64,000 nucleotides of DNA, taken from contig JAGFIS010000014.1 of the NCBI GenBank assembly GCA_024103425.1, forward strand, positions 2,637 through 66,636, written 5' to 3'. Every line of letters starts with the position of its first letter. Within the stretch, counting starts at the first letter, position 1. The notes beneath the pieces were generated by a model. The model worked only from the letters and a program-made list of their open reading frames with translations, searched no databases and was not told where the DNA came from. Shown in pieces: positions 50,120-60,400 of the stretch. The translations under genes were made by a program, and so were the position numbers. The DNA comes from Chitinophagaceae bacterium (GTDB lineage Bacteria; Bacteroidota; Bacteroidia; Chitinophagales; Chitinophagaceae).

Positions 50120-51772
50120 TTACTGTACACTCACCTTCTCTGTGTATATATTCCTGTTATAGCCGTTGTAGATCTTAAGGATATACATACCTCTTGACAG
50201 GTGGCTCACATTGATGTCAAAGTAATCGGTAAAGCTTTTACCCTGCATTACCTGTTTTCCTGAAACTTCGTACAGGTAATAGTAGAGCGGTTTGTTGGTG
50301 TTCTTTTTACTTCTGACCTGGATCTTGGTAGTTGCAGGATTAGGAAACAACTGGAAGTCTGTATTCCTGTTATAAGTGTATCTGTCGTCAGATATTGCCA
50401 TTGGTGTGCCTGTAAAAGTAAATTCCAAAATCTTTCCTCGGTTTAGCGGAGTGCCGTAGGTGCCATCCGGACGCTTGGCTGTCCCTTCATAATCCGCAGC
50501 AGCATATAACTTCAGTCCGTCAGGAGATATAGCCAGGTCTCTGAACCGGCCCTGATATTCAGTAACAGGAATTGTAGATATATCTATTACGGATCTTCCA
50601 TCTTCACTAAGCTTTAGCCTGTAGATAAGCCCTGCTTTCAGAGAAGGAACGAGAAGAGATTTATTCCATCCCGGAATTACATTTTTCTCATAAATATCAA
50701 TACCTGAGGCAGCAACTGTTGGCCATGTCAGGTAGTTGCCGGATAATTGCTCCGGATTGCTATGAGTAAATAAAGTATAGATAGGCTCTATGGCATTTAA
50801 TGTTGTACAATTTTCTTCTTCGTCGCCAACATTTTGGTTAGCAAGTTTAAGATTGGTATAGTTGCCATCGCAATATCCCGATACTTTCGGCCACCCGTAA
50901 TTTCCTCCGGCTTCAATAATGTTTATTTCATCGTCAGTTTTGTCTTGCTGCTCACTACTGTATAGAGTACCGTCTTGACTAAACACGATGCCTTGCGGAT
51001 TCCGGTGTCCGTAACTCCAGACGGGATTTGTTTTGCCACTTGTAGTAAAAGGGTTGTCATTAGGAATCCATTTATCCCACTGATCAGTATCTGTATCCGG
51101 TTCAAGATTGAATCTCAGAATCTTTCCCTCAGCGGCGCTTGTGTTTTGGGCGTTATTCGTCCGGTTGATATTATTGAACTGACCTGCACCCATATCTCCA
51201 ATTGAGTAAAAAAGATAATTCACCCCATCTACTTTACCTATGGCCAGCCTGCCGGCGTTATGGTCGTTGCTTCCGTTTAAAGATTGTATTATTATCGAGG
51301 GGTTTGAGAGGGATTGTGTTGCCCGGTTATAAGTATACCTTACGATTCTGGTTTTGAAGGTACAGGGTTGGGTATTATTACAGGCATTGCCTCCGCTTGT
51401 ACTGTACTGATATACATAAGCGATATATACATAAGGCTTTGATGGTGACGGCCACTCAGAATACATGGATGGATGCAGCACCAGCCCCATAAGCCCTCCC
51501 TGTGGCCATTTTGGCGGATTGCTGAAGTTTTTCTCAGAATTCAAGTCTATCAACAACGTCTTAGTACCTGTAACCGGGTCTATACGGCTTACTGTATAAG
51601 CTTTGTTTTCTGTAATCCAAAGAGAATCATCCGGCCCATGAGTAATTTCCCATCCTGAATTCAGGTTATAATCTGTGTTAATAACACGCATGGTAAACGA
51701 TTCCTGCCCATATGAAAGTGAAGAGAGTAACAGACTGATAATCAGAGAGAAAGTATAATTTTTCATGGACAT
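50120..51772 (-). CDS. PQQ-dependent sugar dehydrogenase (soluble GDH/GSDH beta-propeller) with T9SS CTD
   Basis: WEITHGPD, GGLMGLVLHP, HNAGRL, YGHRNPQG, GNYGWP, RFRD; C-terminal LFPNP...GMYILKI. Confidence 0.85.
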   Translation of the reverse strand: MSMKNYTFSLIISLLLSSLSYGQESFTMRVINTDYNLNSGWEITHGPDDSLWITENKAYTVSRIDPVTGTKTLLIDLNSEKNFSNPPKWPQGGLMGLVLHPSMYSEWPSPSKPYVYIAYVYQYSTSGGNACNNTQPCTFKTRIVRYTYNRATQSLSNPSIIIQSLNGSNDHNAGRLAIGKVDGVNYLFYSIGDMGAGQFNNINRTNNAQNTSAAEGKILRFNLEPDTDTDQWDKWIPNDNPFTTSGKTNPVWSYGHRNPQGIVFSQDGTLYSSEQQDKTDDEINIIEAGGNYGWPKVSGYCDGNYTNLKLANQNVGDEEENCTTLNAIEPIYTLFTHSNPEQLSGNYLTWPTVAASGIDIYEKNVIPGWNKSLLVPSLKAGLIYRLKLSEDGRSVIDISTIPVTEYQGRFRDLAISPDGLKLYAAADYEGTAKRPDGTYGTPLNRGKILEFTFTGTPMAISDDRYTYNRNTDFQLFPNPATTKIQVRSKKNTNKPLYYYLYEVSGKQVMQGKSFTDYFDINVSHLSRGMYILKIYNGYNRNIYTEKVSVQ

Positions 51773-51887
51773 GGACAGACGGTTGGTTGTCTGTAGTAAC
51801 GTACGGTTATCTGGCTTTAGTATCTATATGGTTAATTTATAATAAAGCTCCCCCTAGAACGTTAATATGTTATGACAAAGACTGCCT

Positions 51888-54134
51888 ATGAGAACATATA
51901 TACTTTTAAGTTTAACCCATTTCACGAAAACCAGCCTGAAACTTGTTTTTATTGCTGTGTTAATGCTGTTTACAGTTGGTGGTTTAAAGGCACAGTACAC
52001 TTTCAGTTACACCTATCAGAATATCACTCGTAATAATGGAGGCGGCACTCTTGAAAAGGGAGATACTATCGAGATACGGGCCTTGATGAAAGTGGATAAA
52101 CAAGCTACTAACGTTTATTACAGAGATACCATTCCCTCAGGGTTAAAACTAATACCCAACTCGATGAAGATCGTGACTAATGAAGGCCTGAAATACAAAG
52201 GCGAATACACAGATGCGGGCGGGGATGATGTAGCGATGACCATTCTTTCAGGGTCAGATAAGGTTATGAAAATTAATTTGGGCAAGGGAGCATCCATCGT
52301 GGATTTTTTAAATTTCGGCACAGCGTCCGGAGGAGGAACGATTGATCCGGGTGATAAACCTAAATTTTATGGTACTACTTTGTTTGTGGTGGCATACAGG
52401 CTTGAGGTGACAGCAGACTTTGAAGAGACAATTAATCCCGGAGGAAAGTTTTATTATACCTACAAGAATAATAAGAATAAAGACGTTTCAGCACAATACG
52501 GGTTCAGATATGGGGATATATTAGTAACCCCTAACACCGGATTGTGCCAGAACTATGCAAGCGCGAGTTTTACGGCAGAGAGTAGCTTCGGGTCAGGTAT
52601 TATTCAAAACAGGGCAGCGGGAGCTAATGTTCCCGGATATCTAAAAGTCAATATGTCAATCAACCTGCCTAATGATGGTAAATATGCAATAGCAAATAAT
52701 ACCAGTGCAGACGGTACCACTGATAATACAGGACCATATCGTCCCAACCCCAACCCTCACAGGGTTTTCAATGGTTACTGGGATATTATAGGAGACCATA
52801 CCGGTGCTGCTGATCCTGAATTAGGGAATCCGGCAGTAGCTCCAGGTACTACAGGTGGCTATATGTTGGTAGTAAATGCTGCATATCCAACAGGAGAGGC
52901 CTACAATGATGTTATTTCAGGGCTCTGCCCGAATACCTATTATGAGTTTTCGGCATGGGTCAGAAATATTTGCGGATATTGCGGAATTGACTCTAACAGT
53001 GTTTCTACCAATAAACCGGGTGTGTTGCCTAACCTTGCTTTCACCATTAATGATGTGGACTACTACACCACCGGTGAAATTCCCTGGGACGGCAAATGGG
53101 TGAAGCGGGGGTTTATTTATAAGACCGGGCCCACTGAAACGTCTTTCAAAATAACGATTAAGAATAATGCAGCTGGTGGTGGTGGAAACGACTGGGTGCT
53201 GGATGATATCTCGCTTGCAACCTGTTATCCTAATCTGATTATGAATCCTAGCGATGTAGCCAGCGTATGTAAGGGGAGTACATTCTATCTGAGTGATACT
53301 ATCAGAAGTTATTTTGATAATTATATTTATTACTGCTGGGAAAAGAGTACCGATGGCGGTACGACATGGGCCAGCACCGGTAACTGTGGTATTGGAACAC
53401 CTGTACTAAAGAATGGCCTTTGGGAATATGTTGTTGATACTGCCTTTACGGCACAGCTTTCTGATAATGGTACTTATTTCAGAGTGAAGGTAGCCACCAC
53501 TTATGATAACCTGAGTCAGGCTGAATGTTCTGTTGACAACAGTCAGATGGTATTGTTGGAGGTATTTGAAAAGGATTGTGTCGTTCAGGCAAATGAGGTA
53601 AAAGACTTTGTGGCAAAACTCGATAATTCCAGGGCACGACTTTCATGGACGACACTTAGTGAAGGAGATCTGAAGAAGATAGAAGTACAAAAGAGTACTG
53701 ATGGGATGAATTTCTTTACTATCGCCACCCTTAACCCAAGACATCCGCAGGGAGGATCATATCAGTTTATCGAAAACGAAGATCTTACCAACATTGCTTT
53801 TTACAGGTTAAAGTTGATCAAGAAAGATTTGGATGCTGCAACGGTATCAGAAGCTTTGTCTTTACGCAACTATATGGGAGTGCTCAATCTTAAGGTCGTG
53901 AATCCGTTCCAAAACAATATAAAGATCGATTTCACCGCACCTATGGAGGGCACGGCAGAGTTGATACTGATGGATAATTACGGTCGTGTGGTTAAGAAAA
54001 CAGACAAACAAATACGCAATGGTGTAAGCACTTTGTTATGGGAAGGCGTGAGTGATTTACAACCGGGTGTTTATATCCTGAGTGTTCAGATTAATGACCG
54101 CAAATACAGGCAGAAGATTCTGAAGAATTATTAG
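51888..54134 (+). CDS. Large T9SS type A cargo protein
   Basis: Signal peptide, DUF11-like GDTIE start, beta-rich modules (GYMLVVNA, GNDWVLDDI), Ig-like domain and CTD (NPFQ...GVYIL...KILK). Confidence 0.8.
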   Translation: MRTYILLSLTHFTKTSLKLVFIAVLMLFTVGGLKAQYTFSYTYQNITRNNGGGTLEKGDTIEIRALMKVDKQATNVYYRDTIPSGLKLIPNSMKIVTNEGLKYKGEYTDAGGDDVAMTILSGSDKVMKINLGKGASIVDFLNFGTASGGGTIDPGDKPKFYGTTLFVVAYRLEVTADFEETINPGGKFYYTYKNNKNKDVSAQYGFRYGDILVTPNTGLCQNYASASFTAESSFGSGIIQNRAAGANVPGYLKVNMSINLPNDGKYAIANNTSADGTTDNTGPYRPNPNPHRVFNGYWDIIGDHTGAADPELGNPAVAPGTTGGYMLVVNAAYPTGEAYNDVISGLCPNTYYEFSAWVRNICGYCGIDSNSVSTNKPGVLPNLAFTINDVDYYTTGEIPWDGKWVKRGFIYKTGPTETSFKITIKNNAAGGGGNDWVLDDISLATCYPNLIMNPSDVASVCKGSTFYLSDTIRSYFDNYIYYCWEKSTDGGTTWASTGNCGIGTPVLKNGLWEYVVDTAFTAQLSDNGTYFRVKVATTYDNLSQAECSVDNSQMVLLEVFEKDCVVQANEVKDFVAKLDNSRARLSWTTLSEGDLKKIEVQKSTDGMNFFTIATLNPRHPQGGSYQFIENEDLTNIAFYRLKLIKKDLDAATVSEALSLRNYMGVLNLKVVNPFQNNIKIDFTAPMEGTAELILMDNYGRVVKKTDKQIRNGVSTLLWEGVSDLQPGVYILSVQINDRKYRQKILKNY

Positions 54135-55507
54135 TAGATATTAAACTCCTTTATAGTCACTGTCTCATTGTTTACAGCGTCCGTATAGAGTATGAGTCCG
54201 ACGTTTTTTGCGTACCAGGCTTCTGATAGCGCCATAAAGAAGACTCCGCCGGAGTAAAGGTCTGCCTTCACCTTAATAACATCAGGGAATGTAAATGGTC
54301 CCGCAGAAGCAACAACACCTTTTTCGAGTATTTGGTAGCGGATGTTGAGCGTCGCTCCTCCTAATTGTGGATTGGTGAAGTTAGGCCCGTTCCATGTTGC
54401 TCCGGTGGCAACATTGTCTTTCAGGAAGATTGTTTCGAGGCTCAGTGAATTTGTCAATCCGAATATCTCACCGTAGTTCATGAAGTCATAATAATTCCCT
54501 GATGCTTTCCTCACAGTAAATGCAGTATCGCTTCCCTGCATAATGACGCTATAGGTTTTACCAGCTATAGTTACCGTAGAAGTGGCTACCTGAAGAGTAT
54601 AGTCAGATGTGCCATCGGTATATTTCCAGTTGGAACGATTGGATGTCGGGAAGTAGTCTTTCGAGGGAGCTGCACCTGCCTCAAAGGTGATCTTGAAGGC
54701 ACACATGCTGTTGCCGTAGTGAACCGTGAAGGTAAACTCGCCGCCTTCTTCGGGAATACCGCTTCCTTTCAGGTTAACAGTCTGAACCCCGTTAGCGGTG
54801 AACTCACCTGTTGCAGAATAGATTACCCCGTTAACCTTGTCTGTAAAGATGCTGTATGTACCCGGCTCTGCCACTGCGGCCTGTACGCCTACTGTGTTAG
54901 AAGCATTGAGGGGGATACCCTGTTTATATTGCCCGTTAATGGTGGCGGGCATGCACTCGCCCGCTTCGGTTGTCAGAGTCCCCTCTGATTTTGGTTTTAG
55001 TACCGGACCGGCAAATACCGCACTAAATGATCCACTGAAGATATCGACAATGGTCTGACCATCTGCTGAGGCTTTGCCACTGAAAATCCCAGTTATAGTG
55101 TTCTTGTTAACCGAGGTAATAGTTACTGTAAATTCTCCAAATACCTGTGCGGCCTCATAAATATCTAATCTTCCACTGAAATAACTGAATGCAGACTGGA
55201 AATTACTGGTCTTATAGGTTCCCGGTTGGAACTCATCGGCGTAAAGCGTAAGGTGAAAGGTTTGCGATCCGTCCATACTCGTACCGATCAGATGCATTTC
55301 ATCGGTGGACAATCCGCTTCTGATATATGCAGTGTCGATATTACCCATGTATTCAGATGCCCCTTCTTTGAACTGCCATGTTCCGGCGGCCAGACTGGTA
55401 TCCACATTTTCCAGACTGTACTCCTTACCGCAGGAGGCAATGAGCAACATCAGAAAAACAGGAAGAGTGTATCTATACAAAGAGTTCAGGGCGGATAAGA
55501 CTTTCAT
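54131..55507 (-). CDS. Putative lipoprotein of unknown function
   Basis: Lipobox IASC; Thr/Gly-rich beta modules. Confidence 0.7.
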   Translation of the reverse strand: MKVLSALNSLYRYTLPVFLMLLIASCGKEYSLENVDTSLAAGTWQFKEGASEYMGNIDTAYIRSGLSTDEMHLIGTSMDGSQTFHLTLYADEFQPGTYKTSNFQSAFSYFSGRLDIYEAAQVFGEFTVTITSVNKNTITGIFSGKASADGQTIVDIFSGSFSAVFAGPVLKPKSEGTLTTEAGECMPATINGQYKQGIPLNASNTVGVQAAVAEPGTYSIFTDKVNGVIYSATGEFTANGVQTVNLKGSGIPEEGGEFTFTVHYGNSMCAFKITFEAGAAPSKDYFPTSNRSNWKYTDGTSDYTLQVATSTVTIAGKTYSVIMQGSDTAFTVRKASGNYYDFMNYGEIFGLTNSLSLETIFLKDNVATGATWNGPNFTNPQLGGATLNIRYQILEKGVVASAGPFTFPDVIKVKADLYSGGVFFMALSEAWYAKNVGLILYTDAVNNETVTIKEFNIY

Positions 55508-55588
55508 GGGAGGTTATTAATTCAATTATTGTATAAAATTAGAAAATCTAATTTTATTCCGGAAAGAGAGGAGGTGTTTTCAACTCTG

Positions 55589-56230
55589 TTATGACACTTT
55601 TTTAGCAGTATCTTCTTCTTTTTCAGACGTTTTAAAGAACTTTTTCTGAAAAACGAGGATAGTGATAATTCCCACGGATATAGACGCATCTGCTATATTA
55701 AAAATGGGACTAAAAAAGATAAAGTCCTCTCCTCCCCAAAATGGCAGCCATGAAGGGAAAGTTGAATCGATAATGGGAAAGTACAGCATGTCCACCACGT
55801 TTCCGTGCAGAAAGCCTGCGTATCCGTGCTCGGGAAAGATAGCGGCTACATTTCCGGTTATCGGACTGCTGTGTTCAAAAATCATCCCGTAAAACATACT
55901 GTCAATCAGGTTCCCCAGCGCACCTGCGAATATCAACGCAACACAGAATATAAATCCGGGATGCATTTTCTTTTTGACGATGTTGCGTAAGTAGAAAACT
56001 CCGAATACTACCGCAACCATTCTGAAACCTGTCAGCAACATCTTACCCCACTGGCCTCCGAATTTCCAGCCGTAGGCCATCCCTTCATTTTCAATAAAAT
56101 AAAGTTTGAACCAATCGCCAATCATATTGTGTGATTCGCCTATGTGGTAGTGCGTTTTTATGTAAATCTTCAGAGCCTGGTCTGCAATTACTATAAGAGC
56201 AATTATTAAGACAATCTTAAGTCCTTTCAC
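55589..56230 (-). CDS. lspA: Lipoprotein signal peptidase II
   Basis: ADQALK, ENEGMAYG, GALGNLID, VVDML, FNIAD. GTG 56230 is preferred because the track's TTG at 56326 overlaps a TATATTTG element. Confidence 0.92.
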   Translation of the reverse strand: MKGLKIVLIIALIVIADQALKIYIKTHYHIGESHNMIGDWFKLYFIENEGMAYGWKFGGQWGKMLLTGFRMVAVVFGVFYLRNIVKKKMHPGFIFCVALIFAGALGNLIDSMFYGMIFEHSSPITGNVAAIFPEHGYAGFLHGNVVDMLYFPIIDSTFPSWLPFWGGEDFIFFSPIFNIADASISVGIITILVFQKKFFKTSEKEEDTAKKVS

Positions 56231-56374
56231 GGGAAATGCTATTATGATTTTTATTTTATCTGTTCCTTCTGCTCTCTTTGAACCGTCAGGAGTTTCGGGC
56301 TCATACGTCAGAAATCGGCGCCGCAAATATAATATAAAAGGAAGCCTTTGAAAATGTGAAATAGCTTTTTTGGA

Positions 56375-56992
56375 TTATTTAAAGTTCAACAAGTCCAGCT
56401 TCTTGTCACAGAAAGAATACTCTTTTTCATCATTGCTGCTCACGATGATCAACCGGTCTTGAGTAAATCGGTCTATCAAGTTGTAATAACTGCTGACACC
56501 TTCTGCGTCGAGATTAGTTAGTGGTTCGTCCAGCAGCAGAACTGACGCATTGCAGAAAAAAGCCTGGGCCAGCTTGACCCTCTGTTTCATACCACTGCTG
56601 TAATATCTTATTTGTTTGTGTACCGCATTGGCAAGATTTACTTGTGCTGCTATTTCGGGCACAGAGATTCCTTCTTTCAGTCCCTTCATTTCGCGATGAA
56701 AATTCAGAAATTCTGCCAGAGTCATTTCCTCAATGAGTTCGAGGTAAGGTGCTGCAAGGGCAATCTCTTTGTAAATTTTGTCTGCAGTGAAAGTTTTTTG
56801 ATCGTTCTTCCATGAGATATCGCCTTCGTTGGGCAGCACATAACCGGCTATCACCTGTAGCAGTGTGGATTTCCCCGTTCCATTAGGGCCGACGATGGCA
56901 TACCTCGAACCCTTTGAAAATTCGAAGTCAATGTTTCTAAAGATCCACTCAGTATTGAAACGTTTGCCAATATTGGCAAGGGTGATATTCAT
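56375..56992 (-). CDS. ABC transporter ATP-binding protein
   Basis: GPNGTGKS, YSSGMKQR, LLLDEP. Confidence 0.9.
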   Translation of the reverse strand: MNITLANIGKRFNTEWIFRNIDFEFSKGSRYAIVGPNGTGKSTLLQVIAGYVLPNEGDISWKNDQKTFTADKIYKEIALAAPYLELIEEMTLAEFLNFHREMKGLKEGISVPEIAAQVNLANAVHKQIRYYSSGMKQRVKLAQAFFCNASVLLLDEPLTNLDAEGVSSYYNLIDRFTQDRLIIVSSNDEKEYSFCDKKLDLLNFK

Positions 56993-57012
56993 GTTGCAAT
57001 TGATTAATGCAT

Positions 57013-57822
57013 CTAATTGTTTTTCTGCATATTATCAAAGGCATCTTTGGATGCCACTTTCAGAATTCCTTTTTTGCTGGTAGAAATGAATCCAATGATT
57101 TCAGTTTTTTCCTCTGATTCAGGGAAGTTGTCCTGAATGAATTCCAGGGCCTGAGAGATATTATACCCTCTCTGATAGATCACCCTGTAGATTTCAAGAA
57201 TGTTATTTATCCTGTCACTCGAGAATCCGCGGCGGTGTAAGCCAACCGAGTTAATACCGACGTAGGAGAGTGGAGAGCGACCGGCTTTTACATACGGTGG
57301 AATGTCTTTTATGATTTCAGAACTTCCGGCAATATATGAGTGAGCACCGATTTTTGAAAACTGTATGGCAGCCGCCATTCCACCGATGCTGGCAAAGTCT
57401 CCGATTTCCACATGTCCGGCAAGTTGAACAGTGTTGGCAATGATTACGTTATTGCCGATGATACAGTCGTGGGCAATATGGCAGTAAGCCATCAGTAAAC
57501 AGTTGCTGCCGACGGTTGTCTTCCATTTATCCTTTGTGCCACGGTTGATGGTTACACATTCGCGAATGGTTGTGTTATCTCCGATTTCTACTGTAGTTTC
57601 CTCACCTTCGAATTTCAGATCTTGCGGAATACCTCCGATGGTAGCATGTGGAAAAATCTTACAATTATTACCGATGTAAGAATAATCCAGGACGACTGCG
57701 CCGGTCATGATATGACAGCCACTGCCAATGACTACTTTCTCGTCCACAGTGGCAAAGGCATCAATTCTGACGTCCTTGCCAATCTTTGCTCCCGGATGAA
57801 CATTTGCTAATGGGCTTATCAT
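57013..57822 (-). CDS. lpxA: UDP-N-acetylglucosamine acyltransferase
   Basis: Hexapeptide repeats, PQDLKF, IRECVTINRGT, MAYCHIAHDC. Confidence 0.96.
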   Translation of the reverse strand: MISPLANVHPGAKIGKDVRIDAFATVDEKVVIGSGCHIMTGAVVLDYSYIGNNCKIFPHATIGGIPQDLKFEGEETTVEIGDNTTIRECVTINRGTKDKWKTTVGSNCLLMAYCHIAHDCIIGNNVIIANTVQLAGHVEIGDFASIGGMAAAIQFSKIGAHSYIAGSSEIIKDIPPYVKAGRSPLSYVGINSVGLHRRGFSSDRINNILEIYRVIYQRGYNISQALEFIQDNFPESEEKTEIIGFISTSKKGILKVASKDAFDNMQKNN

Positions 57823-59240
57823 TTCGTTTCAGTACGTTTTATAATTTGTGCAATCAGCACAGCTTCGGCTACAACCTTATCACCTACAAATGCAGTCCCT
57901 TTCATCTCGCAGATACCTCTTCTGATGGGTGATAGTAATTCCATCTTTAGGATTAATGTGTCACCCGGAACAACCTTCTGTTTGAACTTACAGTTTTCAA
58001 TTTTCAGGAAGTAGGTGTCGTATTTATCTTCTGTATCTCTTGGTATTGCAATAAATCCACCGGCCTGTGCAAGCGCTTCAACAATCAATACTCCGGGCAT
58101 TACAGAGTTTGAAGGGAAGTGTCCTTGAAAGAAAGACTCATTATAGGTTACGTTTTTAATCGCTACCACATGTGTATCCGTCAGTTCAATAATCTTATCT
58201 ACCAATAAGAATGGGAACCTGTGCGGCAATGTGTCTTCTACCTGCTGAATATCGAGAAGCGGTGGCAGCGACGGGTCGTAATGAGGTATTGTTTCTTTGA
58301 AGCGATTTTTTTTGATATGCTCTTTTATCTTTTTTGCAAAGCGGATGTTGGTCGAATGTCCCGGTCTGTTAGCAATGATGTGTGCTTTGAACGGGAATCC
58401 TACAAGTGATAGGTCTCCCACTACATCGAGTAACTTATGACGGGCAGGCTCATTCGGAAAGCGGAGTGTAAGGTTGTTTAATATTCCTGCCTCGCTTACT
58501 TTAACATCCGCTTTGTTGAACACTTTTGAGATACGCTTTACTTGTTCATCGTCCACCTGCTTATCAACTACTACGATTGCGTTATTGATATCTCCGCCTT
58601 TAATAAGGTTGTTATTCACTAAGGCTTCCAACTCGTGGAAGAAACAGAAAGTGCGGCAGGAAGCAATCTCTGTTTTAAAGTCAGACATCTTCTTCAGGTC
58701 GGCGTGTTGTGTGCCGAGTACCTTGCTGTTAAAGTCTATAAGGGTATTAATGCGGTAGCCGTTGTATGGAAGTGCTACCATTTCTACTTTCTTATCGGGA
58801 TCTTCCAGAGAGATGTTGTGGTGTAATTTGTAGTACACTTTCTCTTCCTTCTGTTGTTCAATTCCGGCTTTGTCTAAAAGCTCGATAAACTCTCCGGCAC
58901 TGCCATCGAGAATGGGCACCTCTTCGGCATTGATTTCGATCAGTGCGTTGTCTATTCCCATGCCGGTAAGGGCTGCCATAAGGTGCTCAATGGTACCCAC
59001 TCTGCCCCCGTTGGCCTCAATGGTGGTACTGCGATTGGTATCGACAACGTTATCAACGTCCGCTTTGATCATTGGCCGGTTTGGCAGGTCTACCCTGCAA
59101 AACAGAATACCATGATTGCCCGGTGCAGGTTTAATTACCATAGTTACCGATTTACCGGTATGAATACCCGCACCCGAAATATTCACTTCCTCTTTCAAGG
59201 TGTGTTGATAATACTTTTCCTCTGGATGACTTTTGATCAT
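57819..59240 (-). CDS. lpxC: Bifunctional LpxC/FabZ
   Basis: TIEHLMAAL, HKLLDVVGDL (LpxC); LPHRFPFLLVD, FFQGHFP, MPGVLIVEALAQ (FabZ). Confidence 0.96.
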   Translation of the reverse strand: MIKSHPEEKYYQHTLKEEVNISGAGIHTGKSVTMVIKPAPGNHGILFCRVDLPNRPMIKADVDNVVDTNRSTTIEANGGRVGTIEHLMAALTGMGIDNALIEINAEEVPILDGSAGEFIELLDKAGIEQQKEEKVYYKLHHNISLEDPDKKVEMVALPYNGYRINTLIDFNSKVLGTQHADLKKMSDFKTEIASCRTFCFFHELEALVNNNLIKGGDINNAIVVVDKQVDDEQVKRISKVFNKADVKVSEAGILNNLTLRFPNEPARHKLLDVVGDLSLVGFPFKAHIIANRPGHSTNIRFAKKIKEHIKKNRFKETIPHYDPSLPPLLDIQQVEDTLPHRFPFLLVDKIIELTDTHVVAIKNVTYNESFFQGHFPSNSVMPGVLIVEALAQAGGFIAIPRDTEDKYDTYFLKIENCKFKQKVVPGDTLILKMELLSPIRRGICEMKGTAFVGDKVVAEAVLIAQIIKRTETK

Positions 59241-59325
59241 GAGGCGAAAATAGGAAAAGAATTGAAAGTGGGGATGAAATTACCGCCTGAAAAGGTGTTC
59301 GTTTGTATTTAACAGAAGCAGAGAT

Positions 59326-60378
59326 CTACTCGTTTTGTTTTTCTTTTTGAAGCTCCGAAATCGTTTTTTCCAATTCAATGATTCGCTTCTCGAGTTCCGG
59401 AAGCCTCCTGTTGAGAATCTGGCTGCGCAAAGCTTGTGTATATTCAAAAGCAGGTGTCCCGGTAACGGCAGTGTTCTTTGCTTTGATCGACTTTGTAACC
59501 CCGCTTTGTGCGTTGATTTTGACTCCATCGGCAATTTGCAGATGCCCGACAAGGCCTGCCTGCCCTCCAATCATTACGTTTTTACCAATTTTGGTACTGC
59601 CGCTGATGCCACTCTGTGCAGCAATTACCGTGTTACTCCCCACTTCGGCATTATGAGCAATCTGGATCAGATTATCCAGTTTAGCACCTGTTTTAATAAT
59701 AGTAGAACCAATAGTTGAACGGTCGATAGAGCAATTAGAACCTATCTCGACGTAGTCTTCAACTACAACGTTGCCAATCTGTGGAATTTTTTTGAAAGTG
59801 CCGTCCAGCTGCGGCGCAAAGCCGAATCCATCACTGCCAATAACGGTTCCGCCGTGAATACAAACAGACTTTCCGACGATACAGTTATGGTAAATTTTAA
59901 CTCCCGGAAAGAGTATGGAATCTCTGTCGACAATAACATTATTCCCAAGATAAACCTGAGGGTAGATTTTTACATTGTCTCCGATAACTACATTCTCGCC
60001 TATATATGAGAAAGCTCCAATGAAAACATTCTCTCCAAGTTTAGCAGTTGCATGAATAAAGACAGGCTGCTGGATGCCCACCAGTTTTTGTTGTTTAATC
60101 TTTTCGTATTCGGAGAGCAATGCTGCAAATGAAGAATAGGGATCGGGTACTCTTATCAGGGCAGGCTCAATCTTTTTCTCGAGCTGAAGATCCTGATTGA
60201 TAATAACAATGGAAGCCTTTGTGCTGTAGAGGTATTCTTCATACTTCGGATTAGCAAGGAAAGCAATATCGCCTTGAGTCGCTGTTTCAATTCTTCCGAA
60301 TCCCGATACTTTAGCTTCAGGATCCCCCTCTACTTTTCCACCAATTATTGCTGCTATTTGTTGAGCTGAAAACTCCAT
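59326..60378 (-). CDS. lpxD: UDP-3-O-acylglucosamine N-acyltransferase
   Basis: FLANPKY, GSDGFGFAP, KLDNLIQIAHN. Confidence 0.96.
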   Translation of the reverse strand: MEFSAQQIAAIIGGKVEGDPEAKVSGFGRIETATQGDIAFLANPKYEEYLYSTKASIVIINQDLQLEKKIEPALIRVPDPYSSFAALLSEYEKIKQQKLVGIQQPVFIHATAKLGENVFIGAFSYIGENVVIGDNVKIYPQVYLGNNVIVDRDSILFPGVKIYHNCIVGKSVCIHGGTVIGSDGFGFAPQLDGTFKKIPQIGNVVVEDYVEIGSNCSIDRSTIGSTIIKTGAKLDNLIQIAHNAEVGSNTVIAAQSGISGSTKIGKNVMIGGQAGLVGHLQIADGVKINAQSGVTKSIKAKNTAVTGTPAFEYTQALRSQILNRRLPELEKRIIELEKTISELQKEKQNE

Positions 60379-60400
60379 GTGTTATTTAGATATAAGTTGA

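Noticed and set aside
56251-56304. 17-aa uORF (MSPKLLTVQKEQKEQIK) in the lspA leader
   Set aside because: Short ORFs of this size arise by chance. I saw no attenuator hairpin or telling codon cluster, and conservation cannot be checked here.
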